Source of the DNA: Vulcanimicrobiota bacterium
GTDB lineage: Bacteria; Vulcanimicrobiota; Vulcanimicrobiia; Vulcanimicrobiales; Vulcanimicrobiaceae
Assembly (NCBI GenBank): GCA_963833095.1
Contig: CAWHWQ010000003.1
Location: 32,001-96,000 of the forward strand
Length of the DNA stretch: 64,000 nucleotides
Direction of reading: 5' to 3'
Positions 31,463-42,574 of this stretch are shown piece after piece; the stretch's first letter is position 1; each line of letters begins with the position of its first letter. Below the pieces are notes generated by a model, which had not been told where the DNA came from, did no database searches, and saw nothing but the letters and a program-made list of their open reading frames with translations. The translations under genes and the position numbers were made by a program.

Positions 31463-32847
31463 GGATGTTGCTGTGCTGCGTGCTGTGCATGCTTCTCTGC
31501 GCGCGGGCGTTTGCCGGATCGAGCAATCTGATCACCATCGACGTTCACGACGCGGACATCAGCGACGTCATTACGCTCCTTGCCGCGCAATCGGGCGCGA
31601 ACATCATGACCGACGCTTCGATCAAGCCGCAGCGAGTGACGATTCATTTGCGCAACGTCACCTTCGACCGGGTGCTCGAGGTGCTGGTTACGGCGAACGG
31701 ACTTGCGGTCCATCGCGTCGGGAACGTCTTGATTGTCGGTTCCGCCGACGCGATGAACCGCCGCTATGTCGAGAATCAACCCAACGCCGGTGCGCAAACC
31801 GTGGTGTTGCGCCTAGCCCATGCGAATGCCGATGACGTTGCCAGGGAAATTGGACCGGCGCTCGCGGTCGGTACCGTGATCGTGCCCGATCGCCGTACGA
31901 GCGCGGTCGTAATCACCGGCGACGCGGATACGGTGGCGCGCGCGCAACGATTGATCGCGGCGCTCGATGCCGCGACCCTGGGCGGGGGAAGCGGAACTCT
32001 GACACGCGCCTATCGGCTCAATTACATTCGGGCGGACGATGCAATCAAAGAACTCAAGATACTCACTGCGGATGGATCTTACATCGCCGACAGCGAGCGT
32101 AACGAAGTGATCGTCGACGGGAACGACAACGTGCAGAGCACGGCGGTAAGCCTCTTTACGACGATCGATCGACCCGGTCCGCAGGTTATGTTTGAAGTCA
32201 AAGTGGCCGACGTGACGCCCCAAAACGACACCAGCAACTTTGGATTGGAGTTCGGCGGAACGAATCTGCAGGGAACCGTAACACCGGGCTCGACCTCGTA
32301 TGCGTTTACCGGCGGTATGATTCCGGTTAACATGACTCTCAACGCCCTCATCTCGCTGGGACGTGCGCAGATTCTCGCGACACCGAAGCTCGTAACGCTG
32401 AACAATAGGGAAGCAGATTTGTTGGTCGGCGAGACGTACCCGATTGTGTTCAACACATCGGTGCTTGGCGGTCAGAACGTGCAATTCGTCGATGTCGGCG
32501 TGAAGCTGCGGCTGACGCCGACGATCGGCGACGACGGCACCGTAACAGCCGAACTTCACCCGGAATACAGCGAGATCGAAGGGATCACGTCGACGGGCTA
32601 TCCGATCATCACCAATCGCAAGATCGATGCCACGCTTCGGGTCAATGACTCGCAGACGATTGTGTTGGGCGGCCTTATGATGGATACGTCGAGCGAGACG
32701 ATCTCGAAGGTGCCTTGGCTAGCGGATATCCCGATCCTCGGCAAGATCTTTGCGAACAAGCAAACCGCGCACGAGCGCGACGAGATCGTTTTCCTCATCA
32801 CGCCGCACGTGATCTATCCGGAGCAACCACCTCCGAGGAGGCCCTAA
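31459..32847 (+). CDS. pilQ: Secretin (PilQ/GspD family)
   Basis: Signal peptide, STN-like N0, PDRRTSAV (N domain), QVMFEVKVAD, LATPKLVTLNN.EA, VPWLADIPILGKIF. Confidence 0.92.
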   Translation: MRMLLCCVLCMLLCARAFAGSSNLITIDVHDADISDVITLLAAQSGANIMTDASIKPQRVTIHLRNVTFDRVLEVLVTANGLAVHRVGNVLIVGSADAMNRRYVENQPNAGAQTVVLRLAHANADDVAREIGPALAVGTVIVPDRRTSAVVITGDADTVARAQRLIAALDAATLGGGSGTLTRAYRLNYIRADDAIKELKILTADGSYIADSERNEVIVDGNDNVQSTAVSLFTTIDRPGPQVMFEVKVADVTPQNDTSNFGLEFGGTNLQGTVTPGSTSYAFTGGMIPVNMTLNALISLGRAQILATPKLVTLNNREADLLVGETYPIVFNTSVLGGQNVQFVDVGVKLRLTPTIGDDGTVTAELHPEYSEIEGITSTGYPIITNRKIDATLRVNDSQTIVLGGLMMDTSSETISKVPWLADIPILGKIFANKQTAHERDEIVFLITPHVIYPEQPPPRRP

Positions 32848-32965
32848 AGAAGGCTCGCTCGCGTCGAGCCGGGTCCCGCGCAAAAATGCCTATTTCCACA
32901 AGGAAAGTGGGGCTTTTTCGATAATCGGCTTGGTCAATTAGTTGCCCTATTTCCGAAAGGACAGT

Positions 32966-33388
32966 ATGACCAAGAACGAGTTAGCTCGTGAGCTCGCCGA
33001 AGAGTTGGAACTCCCGCGCCGCCAGGTCGTCGACCTGATCGAAGCGATGCTGGAGAAGATCACCGACGTGCTCAAGTCGGGCGATAAGGTCCAGCTTACC
33101 CCCTTTGGCCAGTTCAAGGTTCGGGACCGCGCGGCTCGCATCGCGCGCAATCCGAAGACGGGCGAGCCGATCAAAGTCCCGGCCAAGCGCGTGCTCAAAT
33201 TCATTCCCGGCCGCGTGTTGAAGGAAGCCGTCGGTACCGCCAAGCGCGGTAGCGGCGCCGCGAAGAAGTCGTCGGCCAAGAAGCCGGCGGCCAAGAAATC
33301 GACGGCGAAAAAGGCTCCCGCTCGCAAGGCCGCGCCGGCTCGCAAAGCTGCCGCGAAAAAGACCACGACTCGCAAAAAAGGCCGGTAA
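32966..33388 (+). CDS. hup: HU-family DNA-binding protein with Lys/Ala-rich tail
   Basis: MTKNELA...FGQF...ARIARNPKTGEPIKVPAKRVLKF.PG plus a ~45-aa AKK/PARK tail. Confidence 0.93.
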   Translation: MTKNELARELAEELELPRRQVVDLIEAMLEKITDVLKSGDKVQLTPFGQFKVRDRAARIARNPKTGEPIKVPAKRVLKFIPGRVLKEAVGTAKRGSGAAKKSSAKKPAAKKSTAKKAPARKAAPARKAAAKKTTTRKKGR

Positions 33389-33409
33389 AGCTCAGCGCTT
33401 CGTCCTTTG

Positions 33410-33435
33410 AAAAGCCGCCCGAAAGGGCGGCTTTT
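33410..33435. terminator. Bidirectional intrinsic terminator
   Basis: AAAAGCCGCCC-GAAA-GGGCGGCTTTT between the convergent hup and pfpI genes. Confidence 0.9.
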
Positions 33436-33438
33436 GCG

Positions 33439-34005
33439 TTAGGAGGAGACGTTGAGCGCCGGTCGCGATTTTGCGAAGAGCGCAACCGTGGCCACATTAA
33501 AGGCAGGAATGTCGTCGGGTTTGCGGCTCGTGACCAGGTTACCGTCTTCCACGGTCATCCGGTCGACCCAATTTCCACCGGCATTACGGATATCGGTCCG
33601 CAGCGACGGCCATGACGTAAGCGTCCGATCCCGCACGACATTAGCCTCGACCAGCATCCATGGGCCATGGCAGATCGCCGCGATGGGCTTTCCCGCCCGA
33701 GCGAACTCGCGCACGAATTCGACCGCCTGCTCATTGAGTCGCAACGTGTCGGAATTGACGACGCCGCCGGGCAACAGCAGCGCGGCATAATCCGCGCCGT
33801 TTGCTTGTGCCAGCGGCAGGTCGACCGGGAAGACATCCGCCGGCGTCAGGTGCTTCCAGCCGCGCACGCCGTCATTGCGTGGCGATATCAGCACGGTTTC
33901 CGCGCCGGCTTCGTTGAGTGCTTCACGAGGAGCGGTCATCTCGATTTGTTCGAATGCGTCTTCGACTAAGATCGCGACGCGCAGTCCTTCTAATTCCTTT
34001 GCCAT
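33439..34005 (-). CDS. PfpI/DJ-1 family (YhbO-like) protein
   Basis: FEQIE, LLLPGG, AICHGPW, LVTSRKPDD motifs. Confidence 0.92.
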   Translation of the reverse strand: MAKELEGLRVAILVEDAFEQIEMTAPREALNEAGAETVLISPRNDGVRGWKHLTPADVFPVDLPLAQANGADYAALLLPGGVVNSDTLRLNEQAVEFVREFARAGKPIAAICHGPWMLVEANVVRDRTLTSWPSLRTDIRNAGGNWVDRMTVEDGNLVTSRKPDDIPAFNVATVALFAKSRPALNVSS

Positions 34006-34106
34006 AGTGGACGCATCGTACCCGGCCATGCCGCGGATTACCGCTGGCAGGCGCTGCACTGCCCGCTCCGCAGGCGCAAGCTGCATATGCCGCTAAGAGA
34101 GCTTGG

Positions 34107-35271
34107 GTGTTCCGCTACCTCACAGCGGGCGAATCCCACGGACCCGCGCTCGTCGGGATCCTCGACGGGCTGCCCGCGCATCTCCGACTCGACGTCGAAC
34201 GCATCAACGAAACCCTGGCGCGGCGCCAGGGCGGCTACGGCCGCGGCGGGCGCATGAAAATCGAACGCGACGAAGTCGAATTTCTCGCCGGCGTACGCGG
34301 CAGCGAGACGCTCGGTTCGCCGATTGCCGTGATCGTGCGCAATCGCGATTACGAAAACGTGCGCGCGCTGATGGATCCGATCACCGGCGCCGGCAAACCG
34401 CTCACCAATCCGCGACCCGGCCACGCCGACTACGCGGGCGCGCTCAAATATCGTCAGCGCGATCTGCGCAACGTGCTCGAACGCGCGAGCGCGCGCGAAA
34501 CCGCGATGCGCGTCTGCCTCGGCGCGATCTGCGCGCAGTTTCTCGAAGCGCTCGGCATACGACGCGTAGCTACGTGCATCGCATCGGCGAAGTGGTTTCG
34601 CCGGAGCTAGAAGATTTGACGCAGGACGACGTCGAGGCGAGCGACGTGCGCAATCCCGACAGAGCCACCGAAGCAAAGATGATCGCCGCGATCGACGCAG
34701 CAAAAGCAGCCGGCGACACGCTCGGCGGTGTGTTCATGGTGCGCGTCGACGGCGTGCCGGTCGGCATCGGCAGCAATCGCCAGCCGCAAACGCGACTCGA
34801 CGGCGTGCTGGCCGGTGCGCTGATGGGCATGCAGACCGTCAAAGCGGTCGAGGTGGGACTTGGCGCGGACGTCGCCGCGCGACCCGGCTCGCAAGCGCAC
34901 GACGTCTTCGCGCTCGACGAACGGCGACGTCGTGCGCGGCAGCAATCGCGCCGGCGGCATCGAGGGCGGCATGAGCAACGGTCAGCCGATCGTGCTGCGC
35001 GTCTCGGTCAAACCGATTCCGACGTTGATGAAGGCGTTGCCGTCGGTGAATTTGCACGAACGGACCGATGCGCCGGCGACGATCGTGCGCAGCGACGTCT
35101 GCGTCGTGCCGGCTGCCGCTATCGTCGGCGAGGCGATGGTGCGCCTCGCGCTGGTCGCGCCGGTGCTCGAAAAATACGGCGGCGACTCGATCGAGGAGAC
35201 GCGCGACAACTTGCGCCGCAGCAAACGAGGCTGCGGCGTGCGCTCTTTTCCCGGCAAAGGAGGGCGTGTGA
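34107..35271 (+). CDS. aroC: Chorismate synthase (frameshifted)
   Basis: [58 protein letters not shown]. Confidence 0.95.
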
Positions 35272-35795
35272 AACAGCACGTTGCGCTCGTCGGCTTTATG
35301 GCCGTCGGGTAAGTCGACGATCGGCAAACGCCTTGCGCGCAAACTCAAGTGCGCCTTCTTCGATACCGACGATTTGGTCGTCGCGCAGCATGGCCCCATT
35401 TCGGATATCTTCTACAACGAAGGCGAAGCCGCGTTCCGCAGCTACGAGCACGCCGCGCTCGCGCACGTGGTCGAGCGAGGGCGAACCGGGCATCGTGGCC
35501 TGCGGCGGCGGGGCGCTCCAGTTACGAACCCTCCGGGAAGCTGCTCAAGAAGAAGGCCTATCGCGTCTTCATCAAGGTCTCGCCCGAACTGGTGCTCGAG
35601 CGGCTGCGCAACAGCCGCAACGTGCGGCCGTTGCTCGGCCCCACCCCGGCCCTCTCGCGTATCAAGGCTCTCTACACCAAGCGCATGCCGCAGTACGCGC
35701 ACGCCGACTATGTCGTCGAAGCCGACGGCATGAGCACCGCGCAAGTCGTCGATGCGATCATCGAGTGGCTGCACAAGAAGAAGATCGAGATCTGA
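35268..35795 (+). CDS. aroK: Shikimate kinase (frameshifted)
   Basis: LVGFM..GKSTIG, DTD, EGEAAFR, ACGGG, RPLL. Confidence 0.9.
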
Positions 35796-36880
35796 GCGCG
35801 CCGGAGCTTCGATCGTCAACGCCGATCTGCGGCTATCCGATCGCATCGGTGACGACGTGCGTCCGGCGATCGCCGCGTTCCTCAGCGAGCGTGCGCAGCG
35901 CTTTGTCGTGCTGACCGACGCCCAACGCGACGGTATCGAGGCTGGCTCGCGACATCGGTAGATTCCGGCGCGATGGGCGTGCTGGCGTTTCCGCTCGGCG
36001 AAGCGCGCAAGCGCTTTGCGACGGTCGAACACGTGCTCGAGGCGATGCTCGCCGCGGGCGCGGGGCGCGACGACGCTGATCGTCGGCGTCGGCGGCGGCG
36101 TCGCGAGCGACCTCTTCGGATTTTGCGCCGCGACGTACATGCGCGGCGTTCCGTACGCGCACGTCGCGACGTCGCTCGTCGCGATGGTCGATGCGGCAAT
36201 CGGCGGCAAGACCGGCGTCGACCTTCGCGCGGGAAAGAACATCGCCGGCGCGTTCCCCGATCCGGTTGCGGTCTTTGCGATATCGCGGCGCTGCAAACGC
36301 TGCCGTATCGGCAGCTGCGCGAAGGTTTGGCCGAAGATCGTCAAAGCGGCGATCATCGAAGGCGACGAGCTCTTCGAATCGCTCGAAACGCTCGCGCCGC
36401 ATCCGTTCTGGCGCTGGCCGTGGCTCGAGATCGTCGCCGAAGCGGTCAAGGTCAAGACGATGATCGTGCCGACGATCAGCCAGGAAGCCGGCATGCGCGA
36501 GCTGCTCAATCTCGGGCACACGTTCGCGCACGCGCTCGAACACGGCCAGCGGCTATCGCATCTCGCACGGCGCGGCGGTCGCGCTCGGGCTGCGCGCGGC
36601 CGGGCTGCTCGCGCTGCGCACGGAGCGGTTTTCCGAAGCAAGAGCATTTGCGCGTGCTGGCGCTGCTGGCGCTGCTGCGGCTGCCGCTGAGCACGTCGGT
36701 CGGCGTCGGACGCGGCGCTCGCGGCGATGCAGAGCGATAAGAAGAAGCGCGCCGGGAAGCTGCGTTTCGTCGCTGCCGCGCGACGATCGGCGACGTGGAA
36801 TACGGCGTCGAGGTTCCCGAGCGCACCGTGCGCGGCGTGCTCGCGTCGACTGCGCCGCTCGCCCGAATGACGCCGGATAA
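35792..36880 (+). CDS. aroB: 3-dehydroquinate synthase (heavily frameshifted, limits approximate)
   Basis: GGGVASD.GF.AATYMRG, TSLVAMVDAAIGGKTG, LLNLGHTFAHALE, DKK. Confidence 0.9.
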
Positions 36881-36884
36881 GGCC

Positions 36885-39306
36885 ATGCCCCGCGACGATC
36901 GATGCGCTCGCGGCGATTCGTTCGTCGCGCTTCGATCTGCCGCTGACCTACGACGCTGGGCGGGTTCGAGCTGCAGGTCGGCGACGTGGTGCGCGTGCCG
37001 CTGGGCACGCGCGAAGTCGTCGCCTATCGTCGTCTGCCGACGCGTACGAGGCGCCGCCGGATCCCAAACGCAAAACTGTGCTCGAACGGCTCGACGTGCC
37101 GCGCGCGTTCGATGAAAAGGCTTGCACCTCGCGCGCTTCGTCGCCGAGTACTACATCTGCACGCTGGGCGAAGCGCTCTGCGCAGTCGTGCTCGCGGGCG
37201 CGGTTCCGCGCATGCTCGACAGTTTCGTGCGCACGGTCGCGCAGCCCGAATCCGCAGCGCTATCCGTCGGTGCCGCCGCGCCTGGTGCGATTGATCTGGG
37301 AAGAGCTCGGCGACGGCTTTGCGCTCGAAACGCTGCTGCGCCATCCCGAAGCGCGGCGCGCGGGCGATCGCAGCGCGCTGCTGCGACATTTGCAGGCGCT
37401 CATGCGTAGCGGTGAACTTCGGCGCGAGCGCCGTTTCGATCGAGCCGAAGACGCAGCGAATATCGCGTCCGCGTGCTCGTGCCCGGGCGACGCGGAACAT
37501 TCGTGGAAGCAAGGCGCAGGCGCTCGTCGCGTTCGTGCGCGAGCAGCCGGGCGTGCCGCGCGCCGATGCGCTGCTCGCGGGTTTTTCGAACGCCGTGATC
37601 GCGCGCGCGGTCAAGGCCGGCGCGATGCGACGAGCGCGACGTCGAGCCGGCGCATGCGCGATCGTACGCGCCACTCGCGCGACGCGCCGTTTCCGCCGAC
37701 GCGCGAACAATCCGCGGCGCTGCGAGCGGATCGATGCGGCGCTCGACGCGCGCGCGTCTTCGCGGAATGCTGCTGATTCACGGCGTGACCGGCAGCGGCA
37801 AGACCTACGTCTACGTCGAGGCGATCGAGCGCGTGGTGCGCGAAGGCGGTCGCGCGATCGTGCTCGTTCCCGAGATCTCGCTCACGCCGCAGACGGCGCG
37901 CCGTTTCGAGGCGGCCTTCGGCGATCGCGTCGCGGTGCTGCATTCCGCGCTCTCCGAGCGCGAGCGCTTCGAAGCGTGGCAGGCCTGCGCGCGCGGCGAG
38001 ATCGACGTCGTCGTCGGCGCGCGCAGCGCGGTCTTCGCGCCGCTGCCGATGGCGTGCGGCTGCTGTGTCGTCGACGAGGCGCACGAGATCGTCGTACAAG
38101 CAAGAGACGGTGCCGCGCTATCACGCCGTCGCCGTCGCGCGCGAGCGGATGCAAGCGCGAGGGCGGCGTGCTTGTGCTCGGCAGCGCGACGCCGCTCGCT
38201 CGAAAGCTACGCGGCGGCGCAAGCGCGGCAAGGTCGAGTTGATCGAGCTGCACGAACGCGCGCACGGCGCAGCCGCTGCCGCGCGTGCGCATCGTCGATC
38301 TGGCCAAGGAGTTCGAAGCCGGGAACAAGCGCATCTTTTCAGCACCGCGCTGGTGCAGGCGCTTCGGCGAACGGCTCGAGCGCGGCGAGAAGAGCGTGCT
38401 GTTCGTCAATCGGCGCGGCAGCGGCGGGTTCGTGCTGTGCCGCAGCTGCGGCCACGTGCCGCAGTGCCCGCGCTGCAGCGTCTCGCTCACGGTGCACCGC
38501 AGCGAAGGGCTTGCTGCGCTGCCACTACTGCGATTATCCAAGAGCCGCTCCCGAAGGTCTGTCCCGAGCTGCGGGCTCGGAGACGATTCGCGAGTTCGGC
38601 GATCGGCACCGAACGCGTGGCAGAAGAAGTCGCGCGACTGTTTCCGGACGCGCGCGTCGTGCGCATGGATTCCGACACGACGACGCGCGTCGGCGATCAC
38701 GCGCGCCTGCTCGACGGAGTTCGGCGAACGCAGGCGACGTGCTGGTCGGCACGCAGATGGTGGCGAAAGGGCTCGATTTTCCGACCGTCACGCTGGTCGG
38801 CGTCGTCGCGGCCGACGTCGGCCTGCACATCCCGGATTTTCGTGCGTCGGAGCGAACCTTTGATCTTGATCGCGCAGGTGTGCGGGCGCAGCGGACGCGC
38901 GCGCGCCGGGCGAAGCGATCGTGCAGACGTACATCGCCGACCATCCAGCGATCGTGTTCGCCGCGCGCACGATTACGAGGGCTTCGCGCGCGGCGAGCTT
39001 GCGCAGCGGCGAGAACTGCAGTATCCGCCCTTCTCGCGCCTGGTCTATCTCGGTGTCATCGGCCGTAGCCGCAAAGCCGCGCACGACGCTGCGGAGCGCT
39101 ACGCTGAGCTGTTGAAGGCGGAGAACGTCGGCGAAGTCCTCGGCCCCGCGCCCTACCCAATCGCGCGCGTCAATAACGAATGGCGCTTCCGCGTGGCGGT
39201 CAAATCCCGCACCCCGAAGCCGTTGCGTGCAGCGATTCGAGAGAAGCTCTTGCCTCTCGCTCGCGGCGACCAAGACACGCGACTTGCAATCAACGTCGAT
39301 CCTTAA
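36885..39306 (+). CDS. priA: Primosomal protein N' (heavily frameshifted)
   Basis: GVTGSGKT, LVPEISLTPQ, LHSALS, GARSA, DEAH, SATP, NRRG with CxxC Zn motifs, GTQMVAKGLDFP, GPAP.PIAR, INVDP. Confidence 0.93.
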
Positions 39307-39410
39307 TTCACCCCGTCTATACCCGCGGCCATAGGAGGTCTCTGATGCCGAGCAGTATTTAGTCGAGTGGAGCAGTATATTGTTCCATTCGATTGCGTCT
39401 GGAGGTGCCC

Positions 39411-40555
39411 GTGGGCTCGCTGTTCCGTACCCGGTTTTCGGCCGCGTTTATCGCGCTTGCCCTCTCGATAAGCATCCCGGCAGCGGCACGGGCAGACGCG
39501 GTTTCGCCGGCGCAGGTTGCGAAGATCGACACCATTGTGCGGACGGCGATGGCGCAGCAGCATCTGGTCGGCGTCGAAGTCGCGGTGGGGCGCAATGGCA
39601 CAACGCTGTTCACGAAAGGGTACGGGCTGCGGGATCAGGCGAAGAGTCTTCCGGTAACCGCGAATACGGTCTTTCCGATCGGCTCGATCAGCAAGCAGTT
39701 CACCGCGGCCTGCGTGATGCTGCTGGTGCAACAAGGCAAAATCAATCTCGATGCCAGGCTCGCGACGTACCTGCCCGGCGTCGCGCATGCGCGGGAGATC
39801 ACCGTGCGTGAGATCCTCGACCAAATGTCGGGGCTTCACGATTACCTCGAGAACAAGCCGCTGATTTCGGCATTTTTGGAGGCACGTGGACGAAGCACGA
39901 GCCGTTCGCTTACTACGTCAATCTCACGCGCGGGGATCCCTTGACCTTCAAGCCTGGAACCAAGTGGGAATACAGCAACACCAACTACGCCGTGGCGGGG
40001 ATGCTAATCGAGAAAGTCAGCGGCGAACCCTACCGGACATTTCTCTCCCAAAACATTTTCGAAGCGCAAAACCTGACCTCGATGCAATACCTCACCTGGT
40101 CGATTCCCACGGGCAGCGACGTCACGCGCGGCTACAATTACGCGAAGGGCTCGTACACACTCGTGCCGCGGTACGACATGTCGTGGGGCGGTGCGGCCGG
40201 CGCAATCGCATCGAATGCGGCGGACCTCGTGAAGTGGGACGGCGCGTTCTTCGACGGCAAGGTGATCTCGCAAAGCAATGTGGAGATCGCGACCACGCCG
40301 CCGCGCGGCATAACCCTGGGCCTGCCTGCCGGTAACACGCAGAGCACAATCGGCGAGGGCTACGGTTTCGGGTGGGTCGCTGGGCACGACGAAGGGCGCC
40401 GGATCGTCTGGCACAACGGCGGTCTCATCGGTGCGCGCGCGATGAACGCGGTCTTTCCCGACGACGGCCTCGAGATCGTGATCCTTACCAACATGACGAC
40501 GGCAGATCCTGAAGCGATCTCACTGCGTATTGCCCGGCTGCTCTATGGTCAATAA
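39411..40555 (+). CDS. Secreted serine hydrolase, beta-lactamase/D-peptidase (S12) family (frameshift near 39900)
   Basis: Signal peptide; GSISK (SxxK), YSNTNY (YxN), WHNGG. Confidence 0.88.
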
Positions 40556-41987
40556 ACCGTTGCGCATCTTTACCGCGATGCTCCTGACCGAGACAAACAC
40601 GTTTTCGCCGCTCCCGACGGGCGCGAAGGCCTTCGATCGCGGCCGTTTGCAGTCCGACGTCGCGTCGTTGGTAGTCTGGCGTGAATCGGGCGAACGCGAT
40701 GGCCATGAGGTCATTGAGAGCATCGTCGCGATCGCGCAGCCGGCCGGTCGTACGGTCCGTGCCGTTTACGAGGGCCTTCGCGATGAACTCCTCGACGACT
40801 TGCGGCGCGCCTTACCGGTCGACGTCATCTTACTCTACCTGCACGGCGCGATGGTCGCGGAGGGCTATGACGACTGCGAGGGCGACGTGCTGCAGCGCGC
40901 GCGGGAGATCGCCGGCGACGCTGCAATCATCGGTGCCGAACTCGATCTCCATTCGCACCTCACACAAACGATGCTCGCCAATGCCAATGTGATCATCGCA
41001 TACAAGGAATATCCACATACCGACACCGTCGATCGCGCCCGCGACCTGTATCGGGTCTGCGTCGAGGCTGCGGACGGCCGCACTCGGCCGGCAATGGCCA
41101 CCTACGATTGCAAGATCGTCGGAATGTTCCCAACCACGGCGCAGCCGATGCGGGCACTCGTCGATGAGATGTCGGCGCGTGAGCGCGATGGCATTCTTTC
41201 GCTCAGCCTTATCCACGGATTTCCCTGGGGCGATGTGCTCGAGTCCGGTGTGAAGATGCTGGCCATTGCTGACGGCGACGCGGCCCTCGCGGCGCGTACT
41301 GCGCGGGAATTTGGAGAGCGCTTTTGGGCTATCCGCCAAGAGGCGTTGCTGCATGCCACCCCGCTTGACGAGGCACTCGATGCGGCGCTAGCGACGCCGG
41401 GCGGTCCGATCGTGCTCGCCGATGTCGCCGACAATGCGGGCGGCGGCGCGCCGGGCGACAGCACCTACGTGCTGCGCGCATTGCTCGAGCGCGGCATCGA
41501 GAATGTGGCGACCGGAACCTATTACGATCCGATGGCAGTCGACGCGTGCTTTGAGGCGGGCGAGGGCGCAACAATCGACCTGCGCTTTGGTGGAAAGCTC
41601 GGAATCGCATCCGGTGATCCGATCGATTCGCGCGTTGAGGTCATGCGTCTGCTCGACGCGCACGAACAGGATTACATGGATGATACGCGGCCGGTACCGC
41701 TCGGGCGCAGCGCTTGGATCCGCGCGCAGGGTATCGATATCGTGCTGGTCTCCGCGCGCACCCAGGTCTTTGCGCCCAGTGCCTTCACCGGCCTTGGCAT
41801 CTCGCTCGACGACAAGAAGCTCATCGTGGTCAAGTCCTCGCACCATTTCTGGGGGAAGTTTGCGCCGCTCGCGAAACGAGTAATTCACGTCAGTGCGCCC
41901 GGCGCGCTCGCGGTCGACTTTGCCGCGATCGCGTACGAAAAGCGCGATCTGAACTATTGGCCTCGGATCGATATGGAGATGAAGTGA
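40545..41987 (+). CDS. M81 family (MlrC-like) metallopeptidase
   Basis: ETNTFSP, LHGAM, D.EGD, DLHSH, YPHTD, D.ADN.GGG..GDST, VVKS..HF. Confidence 0.88.
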   Translation: MVNKPLRIFTAMLLTETNTFSPLPTGAKAFDRGRLQSDVASLVVWRESGERDGHEVIESIVAIAQPAGRTVRAVYEGLRDELLDDLRRALPVDVILLYLHGAMVAEGYDDCEGDVLQRAREIAGDAAIIGAELDLHSHLTQTMLANANVIIAYKEYPHTDTVDRARDLYRVCVEAADGRTRPAMATYDCKIVGMFPTTAQPMRALVDEMSARERDGILSLSLIHGFPWGDVLESGVKMLAIADGDAALAARTAREFGERFWAIRQEALLHATPLDEALDAALATPGGPIVLADVADNAGGGAPGDSTYVLRALLERGIENVATGTYYDPMAVDACFEAGEGATIDLRFGGKLGIASGDPIDSRVEVMRLLDAHEQDYMDDTRPVPLGRSAWIRAQGIDIVLVSARTQVFAPSAFTGLGISLDDKKLIVVKSSHHFWGKFAPLAKRVIHVSAPGALAVDFAAIAYEKRDLNYWPRIDMEMK

Positions 41988-42574
41988 TGCCACGACGGCC
42001 CGCAAACGAAGCCCCGAAAACCAAAGCGGTGCCCCTGCCTGACGTCGGCACGATTCTCAAGCGTCTGCGCGAGCGCAACAATGTGACCGTGCGCGATTTG
42101 GCCAAGGCCACGGATCTTTCGGCTTCGTTTATTCGCGCGGTAGAGCGAGGCGACTCCGACATCTCGCTCGGGCGCCTGGCGCGTCTGGCGCAGTTTTTCG
42201 AATACGATCTGGGCTCATTTCTCGGCTACTCGGCGCAGCTTTCGCGCCCGAACTTCGTGACGGCGGAAACCCGTAAAAAGGTCGCTCGCGGACGCGGCGT
42301 CGATTATGAGGCGCTCCATCTGCCCGGAATCGACCTGGACTTCATCATGGTGAAGCTCGAGCCGCGTTCCAAATTCAGGAATGAAATGACGCATGAGGGC
42401 ATAGATGTCGTCTACGCCGTCGAGGGTAACATCGTGTTGGTGGTGGACGGCGTTGACTACCCGATGGTGACCGGCGACTGTTGCGCGTTCTCCGCGGCGT
42501 ACCCGCATCTGCTGCGCAATGATTCAGGCCGGCGCGCTACGGCCGTGTCGATCACGACCGGTCGGATGTACTAG
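41987..42574 (+). CDS. XRE-family HTH + cupin transcriptional regulator
   Basis: LKRLR...DLAKATDLSASFI..VERG HTH; HEG.D..Y..EG and GD...F....PH cupin motifs. Confidence 0.88.
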   Translation: MPRRPANEAPKTKAVPLPDVGTILKRLRERNNVTVRDLAKATDLSASFIRAVERGDSDISLGRLARLAQFFEYDLGSFLGYSAQLSRPNFVTAETRKKVARGRGVDYEALHLPGIDLDFIMVKLEPRSKFRNEMTHEGIDVVYAVEGNIVLVVDGVDYPMVTGDCCAFSAAYPHLLRNDSGRRATAVSITTGRMY

